This document shows positions 8,810 through 16,008 of a DNA stretch of 32,000 nucleotides, piece by piece. The notes beneath the pieces were generated by a model, which saw only the letters and a list, made by a program, of their open reading frames with translations, did no database searches and was not told the origin of the DNA. The stretch lies in NCBI GenBank assembly GCA_964648855.1, contig CAZYLT010000008.1, forward strand, positions 60,001-92,000, written 5' to 3'. Source of the stretch: an uncultured archaeon. Lineage in GTDB: Archaea > Asgardarchaeota > Thorarchaeia > Thorarchaeales > Thorarchaeaceae. The translations under genes were made by a program, and so were the position numbers. Each line of letters starts with the position of its first letter. Positions within the stretch are counted from its first letter, which is position 1.

Positions 8810-10276
8810 ATGATTGACCTGACTACGAATGAGGAACAACTGAAACGAACTGTCAAACGCTGCAGACAACGCAATATCATCATCCCGACCTTTGAACAGT
8901 TGAAATATCCGGAGAAAATCCCTGACAAAATAAAAGAAGACCTCAAGGATATCAAGCTGTGGGATATCACATCAGAAAATCTGTTCAGAATAACTTGGAA
9001 GAATGAGCCAGTAGACAAAGGTGGCTTATACCGGGGTCTTCCAAACTACATAGAGATTCCATCTGAGCTCAGTGGTGTCGATGCAAGAATCATTGCGTTG
9101 GTTGGCAAATGGTTTCCAACAGGTGCTCACAAGGTTGGCGCCACCTTTGGCTGTTTAGTGCCCCCATTAGTGACAGGTCGGTTTGATCCCACGACACACA
9201 AAGCTGTTTGGCCAAGCACCGGCAATTATTGTAGAGGTGGAGCTTATGACGCTACCCTGTTGGCTTGTGAGAGCATAGCCATCCTCCCAGAGGAGATGTC
9301 GAAAGAGCGATTTAAATGGCTGGAGAAAGTGGCTGGAGAGATTATTGCCACTCCCGGCTGTGAATCGAATGTCAAAGAAATCTATGACAAAGTCTGGGAG
9401 TTGAGAAGAACCCGAGATGATATCTTTGTCTTCAACCAGTTCAGCGAATTTGGAAATTACTTGTATCATTACGATGTCACTGGTCATGCCATGAAAGAAG
9501 TCTTGGATGCTGAATTGGGTGAGGGAACATATCATGGTCTTTGTCTGACAACAGGTTCAGCAGGCACAATAGCCTGTGGTGACTTCCTTAAAGAACAGTA
9601 TCCCGCCTCAAAGATTGCAGCTGGTGAAGCAGTACAATGCCCAACACTGTGGCTAAACGGATATGGTGGGCATCGCATTGAGGGAATTGGCGACAAGCAC
9701 GTCCCTTGGATTCACAACTTAAAGAATACGGACATGATTATTGCAATTGATGACGAGGATACCATGCGACTAATGCGGTTATTCAATGAGCCGACGGGTA
9801 GGGAGTATCTTATCAAAGAAGCCGGTGTGCCCAAAGAACTAGTTTCCAAATTAGACCTTCTTGGCATCTCCAGCATTGCTAACCTTCTCATGTCAATCAA
9901 ATATGCCAAATACTATGAACTGACGAAAGATGATGTCATAATCACAGTTTTCACCGACTCAATGGAGATGTACAATTCTAGAATGGAGGAAGCAAGGGAG
10001 AAGCATGGTGAATACAGAGAGAAGGATGCAATCCGTGACTTCCATCGACACCTTCGCGCACAGAAGACTGATGCCATGATTGAATTGGACTATTATGACA
10101 GGAAACGAATCCATCACTTGAAGTATTTCACATGGATTGAACAACAGGGATTCGACCTTGAAGACCTCAATCGCCAATGGTATGATTATGATAAGTACTG
10201 GGGAGATATCAGAAGTATGATTCCCAAAATCGATGAAATGATCCGCGAATTCAATGAAAAGGTGGGACTGCTTTAG
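8810..10276 (+). CDS. Fold-type II PLP-dependent enzyme (cysteine synthase/threonine dehydratase superfamily), substrate unknown
   Basis: FPTGAHKVGA (candidate PLP lysine), WPSTGNYCRGG, PEEMSKER, FNQF, TTGSAGT and IEGIG. GAGGTG RBS at 8798-8803 before ATG 8810. Confidence 0.85.
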   Translation: MIDLTTNEEQLKRTVKRCRQRNIIIPTFEQLKYPEKIPDKIKEDLKDIKLWDITSENLFRITWKNEPVDKGGLYRGLPNYIEIPSELSGVDARIIALVGKWFPTGAHKVGATFGCLVPPLVTGRFDPTTHKAVWPSTGNYCRGGAYDATLLACESIAILPEEMSKERFKWLEKVAGEIIATPGCESNVKEIYDKVWELRRTRDDIFVFNQFSEFGNYLYHYDVTGHAMKEVLDAELGEGTYHGLCLTTGSAGTIACGDFLKEQYPASKIAAGEAVQCPTLWLNGYGGHRIEGIGDKHVPWIHNLKNTDMIIAIDDEDTMRLMRLFNEPTGREYLIKEAGVPKELVSKLDLLGISSIANLLMSIKYAKYYELTKDDVIITVFTDSMEMYNSRMEEAREKHGEYREKDAIRDFHRHLRAQKTDAMIELDYYDRKRIHHLKYFTWIEQQGFDLEDLNRQWYDYDKYWGDIRSMIPKIDEMIREFNEKVGLL

Positions 10277-10304
10277 TCCTCTAACAATCATGGTGCCTCA
10301 ATCC

Positions 10305-11420
10305 ATGGCAGAACTCGTCATCACACACTGGGGACCACAAGGAAGACAGCGATATACAAGAGAATCGTCAGACGCCTCCCACATTAGTTTGAGAAATAGG
10401 TCGATAAAGAAAATAGACCTGTCAGGTTTGGCAGGCTGCAATCAGTTGAACCGACTTGACCTCAGCCATAATGTGATTGAGCATATTGACTTGACACCCT
10501 TAGCTACATGCCGCAACCTGCAAATCTTAGATATCTCTGCAAACAAACTACAGACTCTTGATTTGTACTCTCTCCAGAGAATATTCACCTTGAATTCGTT
10601 GGACCTTTCTTCAAATCCCCTACCATCACTTGATATTACACCTGTCTTTCCTAGAGCAGCTATATCCCTGAGTAGAGGTACAAAGGTAATCCTAGGTCTA
10701 ATCTACAGATACCTGCTCAAGCTGAACCACCTTTCTACGGTTACTCTCACTGATTCCTCTGATTCGTTGGAGTACTCGCCCAAAATTCATTGGGCCACAG
10801 TAGAGCAACAGGTAGATGATTACGGAGTGGCGAAAATATTGGCATATATCCGTGAGATGCTAGTTACAACAAAAGCTTCCGACCGGTTTCCTTTACAGCG
10901 GGGGCTCATGACTGCTTTTATCCTTGAGGAGCTTGGTGGATATGATGGCGACCCCAACAATCTGTTATCTCAAATCAATGCGCAAGATTCCTTTGAATCC
11001 GCGCGTGATGTTATATTGGATACTGCAGCTAAGCTGCTGATAGAACAGGTCAGAAATGAGGGGTCTACTTTGTTTCTTGACTCGGAGAGAATTGCTGATT
11101 CACGGGCGAGTTTGTTAACTCCCCATCTAGCTGAAAGAAGGAAACGAGAGATTTCTGAAGCTCCTGTTTTGAAACAGAAAGGTTCCTATGACCTCTCTGC
11201 TCTGGCACTCACCTTCTATGGGTTCGAGATCATTCGTGCATTGGGCTTGGGGCTAAAACCGGTAGATACGGGATTTGAACAACTCGATGACTCGCTCCGC
11301 GCTGCTGGTCTATGTATTAATGAAACGAACGATCCAACAGAATTGGATGCATTTAAGGCAAACTTCTCTAAGAGCTTGCAAACATATGTCTACAAGAAAA
11401 TTGAGTTTAGCCAGGGCTGA
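10305..11420 (+). CDS. Leucine-rich repeat protein with an unrecognised C-terminal domain
   Basis: About 4 LRRs (LxxLDLSxNxL), then a ~250-aa mainly helical region. Start placed at ATG 10305 after TGGTG; the ORF track's 10254 start overlaps the previous gene. Confidence 0.85.
   Translation: MAELVITHWGPQGRQRYTRESSDASHISLRNRSIKKIDLSGLAGCNQLNRLDLSHNVIEHIDLTPLATCRNLQILDISANKLQTLDLYSLQRIFTLNSLDLSSNPLPSLDITPVFPRAAISLSRGTKVILGLIYRYLLKLNHLSTVTLTDSSDSLEYSPKIHWATVEQQVDDYGVAKILAYIREMLVTTKASDRFPLQRGLMTAFILEELGGYDGDPNNLLSQINAQDSFESARDVILDTAAKLLIEQVRNEGSTLFLDSERIADSRASLLTPHLAERRKREISEAPVLKQKGSYDLSALALTFYGFEIIRALGLGLKPVDTGFEQLDDSLRAAGLCINETNDPTELDAFKANFSKSLQTYVYKKIEFSQG
10413..10645 (+). repeat. 24-aa leucine-rich repeats (protein level)
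   Basis: IDLSGLAGCNQLNRLDLSHNVIEH / IDLTPLATCRNLQILDISANKLQT / LDLYSLQRIFTLNSLDLSSNPLPS / LDITP. Confidence 0.85.
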
Positions 11421-11432
11421 ATTCGGAATCCA

Positions 11433-12872
11433 CTACTTACGTGTTCTTGCGCCTTTGGTTTCATAGTAGTCACAGACTCTGGCTAATGCATCCACAGCTT
11501 CTTTAAAACTGCGAAAGACAGGAAGGCCGTGGCTAACGAAGATATTCCATGCTTCCTCTCGTGCTGAGGGGTATGCGACATCGGGGAGAGCAACAAGTAC
11601 AGGCTTCTTTTTCTTCTTGGAGATTTTTTCTCCCGCAGCTGCCATGGCTGTCCAGAAATACTCAACGACATCGGATGCATCCATTATAGATGAAACCTGA
11701 TGAATATTGTGCACATCTGCCTCGATGATGATAGAATCGAACTGAGATTCATCTCCTAAAATTCTAATTACTTCAGAAATGGTCTGGTCCTGATAATAGT
11801 CTGCTGCGAGGTCAATTGGATTTCCCAACCCCGTTCCGACATCTCGAATTAGTGGATCTAGCTTGTTGATTGACTCTGGTGATGTTTCCGGAACATTCAG
11901 TCCACTCTCTATCGTCAAGTCTGTGTATACGACGCTTGTGCCACCACTGATTGTGAGAAGACCAACATTTCTACTCTTAGGAACTGGACTCAGCGAGAAG
12001 ATTGACAATGTTGCTACCAGGTCCTCAAGAGTCGTTACGGTTTGCACATTAGCTTGTTTGAACGCTGCATTCCAGACTTCCCGACTCCCTGCAAGCGCGC
12101 CTGTGTGGGATGATGCCGCTCTGGACCCCTCTTGGGACCTCCCACCCTTTAAGACAACAACGGGTTTCTTTTCAGATAGTTCTCTCAGACCATTGAATAG
12201 GTTTCGACCATGGTGTGTACCTTCAAGATAGGCACCAACAGCTCTTGTTTCATAATGATTGGTAAAGAAATCAACAATCTCAGCTGGTCCAATATCAATC
12301 TGATTTCCAAAACTGAACATCTTGGTGAATCCGATACCAGATTCAACCCCTGCAGTATATGTGGCTATGGCGACTCCACCCGACTGTGATAGGAAGCCAA
12401 CGTCACCTATTCCTCTCTTAACGGTTGGCATGAATGCGAAACCCAGTTTGGGGTCGCATAGTCCCATACAATTTGGTCCTAAAGCCCTAATAGGAAGGGA
12501 ATGAATAAGATTCGCTAGGTCTTGCTCCCTCTTCTTTCCCTCTTCGGTCCCCAGTTCTGAATATCCGCTTGTAAAAATGGTAACCCCTTTCGCTCCTTTG
12601 TCAGCTGCCTGCTTAACGACAATTGGCACGTATTTGTAGGGAACCGCGACGATTGCATAATCTATAGGCTCAGGAACATCATCGAGGTCAACAAGAATCT
12701 CATGTCCGAGAACGTTGCCTACACTTCGGGATACAAGCCAGACCTTCAAGTCGTGGTCCCATTGAAGCATTGAATGTGCCCAATAGTATCCAAGTTTTGC
12801 AGATACGCCAATAATGGCCACTGACTTGATATCTAGTACTTCTTCAAGACTGGGACGCTTTAGGGCGGACAT
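11433..12872 (-). CDS. ADP-forming acyl-CoA synthetase (acetate-CoA ligase family), alpha subunit
   Basis: SVAIIGVS CoA-binding domain, GYSELG, GPNCMG, SQSGG, SFGNQID, KPVVVLKGG, AASSHTGALAG (phospho-His) and NPIDL. No fused ATP-grasp domain. Confidence 0.9.
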   Translation of the reverse strand: MSALKRPSLEEVLDIKSVAIIGVSAKLGYYWAHSMLQWDHDLKVWLVSRSVGNVLGHEILVDLDDVPEPIDYAIVAVPYKYVPIVVKQAADKGAKGVTIFTSGYSELGTEEGKKREQDLANLIHSLPIRALGPNCMGLCDPKLGFAFMPTVKRGIGDVGFLSQSGGVAIATYTAGVESGIGFTKMFSFGNQIDIGPAEIVDFFTNHYETRAVGAYLEGTHHGRNLFNGLRELSEKKPVVVLKGGRSQEGSRAASSHTGALAGSREVWNAAFKQANVQTVTTLEDLVATLSIFSLSPVPKSRNVGLLTISGGTSVVYTDLTIESGLNVPETSPESINKLDPLIRDVGTGLGNPIDLAADYYQDQTISEVIRILGDESQFDSIIIEADVHNIHQVSSIMDASDVVEYFWTAMAAAGEKISKKKKKPVLVALPDVAYPSAREEAWNIFVSHGLPVFRSFKEAVDALARVCDYYETKGARTRK

Positions 12873-13166
12873 AATTTCTGCACCGGGCTTTCACGAGGTG
12901 ATGATGACCCTGATTTAAGAGTAGTGCATTAGCATATGTGCCATATCCAGAAGACAAGAAAAAACTTCAATGCTAGCATACGGGTGCACGAAAGCGATAG
13001 AAGATCTATCAATAGAGTCCTTATTCGACATCTGTTTTGCATTTCGCTTAGTTGTAGCGAAACTGCTTTATGTCACACTTTATCAAGTGCACTATATCTC
13101 ATAGCAGAGATTTTGTTTGGAGCAAATCCGAATAAGAGCCAACCATAAATACGGAGACACAAGTTG

Positions 13167-14990
13167 ATGAGAGCATACCTAGATGCAAATTTCTTCATTA
13201 GCGGCTTCAGTGATAGACCAAAGGATGTATACACTGTTAAAGAAGCCGCAGACGCGCTGGATATTGAACTTTGGATCACCCGCCAAGTGTTCCAAGAATT
13301 AAGATGGTATTTGAGGCGCGAAGTAGAGAAGATAATAAAAATCGATGAAACTCTGAAAAAAGACATCAAGCAATTTATGGAAAGCATAAACCGTCCTGAA
13401 AGCTCTCTGCCGCAACCTAATGACATGTCTCTTATCCTGGCAGCAATGCGCGCGAAGAATTCCAAAGTTGTCACTAGCGACCTAAAATTGCTCAACACAA
13501 TTCAAGATTTCAAAAATATCAAAACCGAAGGGATAGTTGGCTCAGCCTTCATGCTTGAACTCATTGAGCAAATTGACTCTGAGAAGCTGAAAAAGGACCT
13601 GCGTGCCATAAGGGAGCGTATCTATACACAGGAAGTTCGTTACAGCATCAAAAGAAGTGGGTCCTATGATCCTGTCACTAGAATACGAATCATTGAGGAT
13701 CATGCCATGAGAGTTCTGCGTTCAATCAAGCGGCCTGCGGATACGCTTGACAAGGACCTCTCCAAGGGTCAACCACTATTTGTATTGGACTTCATTGAGG
13801 ACATTAAGGCTGGAATTCCAGATATGTTTGAGGATTTCCAAGAAGGGAAATACGATGTACTAGGCAATGAGATATCTGCTGTCCAAAATGAAATCGAACG
13901 TCTCTTGATTGTTTCAACGCTGACAGAAGACTCTGAAACCCATGAAAAACTCGTAGACCACGCCAATGATCTGACACTCTTTCTCTACTTCTTGGAGATG
14001 ATGTGTTACTTGTATAAAGGCACGAGGGAAGGTGTTGAGAAGGCACTAGAAGTAAGTGATGAAGCCTTTCGGTTACTCATGTTCACGGGTATAGCAGATG
14101 ATGCGCTCAAAGCATCAGTCTTCTTCGTCCGTATTGTGATTGCGCTAATCAGAGAGGATTACGATGAGATTGACTACTACTACAGCCTATATGACTCCAT
14201 GTTGAAGCGAACAAATCTTGAAGAGATGATGGAAACCTCAGAGGGTCTCTACGTTTCTATGCAAATCCTTCGCAAGTTTATGGGCGGATTTTCGTTAACA
14301 AAGACGAAGTTGGAATACCCAGAAGTTACAATAAAATTACTGAATGACATTGCCAAGTACTGCATCCAATTCGATGACTATGATAACGCATGGCAATTGT
14401 CAGTTAATGCCTACAAGATTGGAGCAGCCTACGGCAAAGAGGATGGAGCTCTATCCAGTTTCCTTAACCTGTATAAGATATCCTCATCATCCCACGACCG
14501 ACTTAAGCCTGCATTAGAAAAAATTGCAGAACATGCATTGAAGATGTTCGTGAAGAAGGGTTGGGATACGACTGAAATCACCCCTATTCTCAATGAGGTT
14601 CAAGGTAATGTGAAAGATGCCAAAGACCTTGATATACAGCTTCATGAAGAACCAGCTGATTTGGAGGAGCTGAGCCAAGAACTTCGAGGTTGGATGAATG
14701 TGTTGTCTGCTGAGAAGATAGATGACCAAGAATTGCTAATTGTCAGGAATGAGGATCTACAGATTAGAATCGGAATAGACGTATCAATTCATCATGAGAT
14801 AAAGGAACTCAAGTCTGGGTACAAAGTTGCCCTTACTCGTGGCGAATTCAAAGTTGAAGAGGCACCGCAAGAATACGTCAAGAATCATTCAGTTGTGCTA
14901 TTGATAACGCCTACCCAAGAGGCTGAAATCTCGTATGAGGGCGAACACGGATTCAGCTACCTAAAGGTTACTAGCCCTGAAGAAGCATAA
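13167..14990 (+). CDS. PIN-domain protein with a long TPR-like helical region and a C-terminal beta-rich domain
   Basis: PIN acidic residues in YLDAN, VFQEL, PNDMSL and VTSDLKL. TPR-like segments such as LLNDIAKYCIQFDDYDNAWQLSVNAYKI. GGAG RBS at 13153-13156. Confidence 0.75.
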   Translation: MRAYLDANFFISGFSDRPKDVYTVKEAADALDIELWITRQVFQELRWYLRREVEKIIKIDETLKKDIKQFMESINRPESSLPQPNDMSLILAAMRAKNSKVVTSDLKLLNTIQDFKNIKTEGIVGSAFMLELIEQIDSEKLKKDLRAIRERIYTQEVRYSIKRSGSYDPVTRIRIIEDHAMRVLRSIKRPADTLDKDLSKGQPLFVLDFIEDIKAGIPDMFEDFQEGKYDVLGNEISAVQNEIERLLIVSTLTEDSETHEKLVDHANDLTLFLYFLEMMCYLYKGTREGVEKALEVSDEAFRLLMFTGIADDALKASVFFVRIVIALIREDYDEIDYYYSLYDSMLKRTNLEEMMETSEGLYVSMQILRKFMGGFSLTKTKLEYPEVTIKLLNDIAKYCIQFDDYDNAWQLSVNAYKIGAAYGKEDGALSSFLNLYKISSSSHDRLKPALEKIAEHALKMFVKKGWDTTEITPILNEVQGNVKDAKDLDIQLHEEPADLEELSQELRGWMNVLSAEKIDDQELLIVRNEDLQIRIGIDVSIHHEIKELKSGYKVALTRGEFKVEEAPQEYVKNHSVVLLITPTQEAEISYEGEHGFSYLKVTSPEEA

Positions 14991-15010
14991 TCTATGATGT
15001 GTGAGCTGTC

Positions 15011-15424
15011 ATGAATCCACTATTCGTGGTTATTATTGCGCTTGGTGTTCTAGCAGCTGTAATATTCAATTATTACTTAAACTGGGCTCCAGGTGCGGAC
15101 CCCGAAGATTTCAGAATAGGTCCACCACAGAGCGGAGTCAAATGTGATTGTTTCATAAACACACTAATCCTTGGCACAGTTGTGGTGGCTGCTCTTATGG
15201 TTGTATCATCAATTTTCGATAATCGCTTGCAGTTGTACGTGAGTGGGTTAGCATCTTTCCTTATAGTTACAGCTGCCGGTGTACTTGGGCGAAGACGGAG
15301 ATATAAGGAATGGAGAGAACTTGAAGGGCTATTCAAACGTGTGATGCCTGCTAGAAATCGTTTCCCAGGAAGTAGTACTGACTCTCTATTTAGGGAATTC
15401 GAAGAAGATGATGAAGACGAGTAG
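15011..15424 (+). CDS. Hypothetical ~3-TM membrane protein with an acidic C-terminus
   Basis: Three hydrophobic segments, RRRR after the last one, and an EFEEDDEDE tail. Lies 20 nt downstream of the PIN gene. Confidence 0.7.
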   Translation: MNPLFVVIIALGVLAAVIFNYYLNWAPGADPEDFRIGPPQSGVKCDCFINTLILGTVVVAALMVVSSIFDNRLQLYVSGLASFLIVTAAGVLGRRRRYKEWRELEGLFKRVMPARNRFPGSSTDSLFREFEEDDEDE

Positions 15425-15443
15425 AATCGCTTCACACACAATA

Positions 15444-15803
15444 TCAATCCGGTTTTACTTTGTCGTCTTTCAGGTTAGGAATTTTGATTGCTAACATACT
15501 GGCGGCCTGCCCTAGATATGCTTCAAAAGAATGAAATTCTTTAGGTTCCACAAGTAGGACATCTCCACGATGTAGGATATAGTCCTCTCCCGCTACATTT
15601 GCCTTCATATCACCCAGTGCAACGAAAACCTCTTGCAGGTCTTCATGTGCATGTGGCTTTGTTCTTCCTCCCACACCTAGTTCAACCAGAATTACGCCAG
15701 CTGTATCAGACGGTTTCTCGAAGACAATATCCGCCACATACCTCGCGATATATCCTTCTCGAGACGCACTTTCAGCCTCATCCAATTGGTATAATGCAAC
15801 CAT
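15444..15803 (-). CDS. Cupin domain protein
   Basis: PHAHEDLQEVFV (HxHxxxxE) and GDVLLVEPKEFHSF motifs; 119 aa. Confidence 0.88.
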   Translation of the reverse strand: MVALYQLDEAESASREGYIARYVADIVFEKPSDTAGVILVELGVGGRTKPHAHEDLQEVFVALGDMKANVAGEDYILHRGDVLLVEPKEFHSFEAYLGQAASMLAIKIPNLKDDKVKPD

Positions 15804-15897
15804 ATTCCATCATTCTCCCATATGACTTAATCCTCAAGAAGCTGTTGGTAACTCTTTCTTAATATCGAAAACATCTACGATTTGTAGAACTACTCTC

Positions 15898-15916
15898 AAA
15901 GGAATTCCTTTTTATC
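15898..15916. promoter_or_regulatory. Perfect 14-bp palindrome overlapping a TATA-like box upstream of the giant-gene pair
   Basis: AAAGGAATTCCTTT (15898-15911) equals its own reverse complement. TTTTTATC lies at 15909-15916, within a divergent intergenic region. Confidence 0.35.
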
Positions 15917-16008
15917 CGCAGGTGCGTAGCATCTTTACTGAACAAATAGGATTAGGCTTAGTGTTCAAATCTAGGTTTCACCGCCATATCATCCGGAGGA
16001 ACATCCCA

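Noticed and set aside
12936-13148. 70-aa ORF upstream of the PIN gene as a possible antitoxin
   Set aside because: No RHH/AbrB-like pattern or acidic tail, atypical composition, no clear RBS.
15922-16008. Longer N-terminus for giant protein A in the ORF track
   Set aside because: ATG 16009 has a GGAGGA RBS and yields a proper signal-peptide N-terminus.
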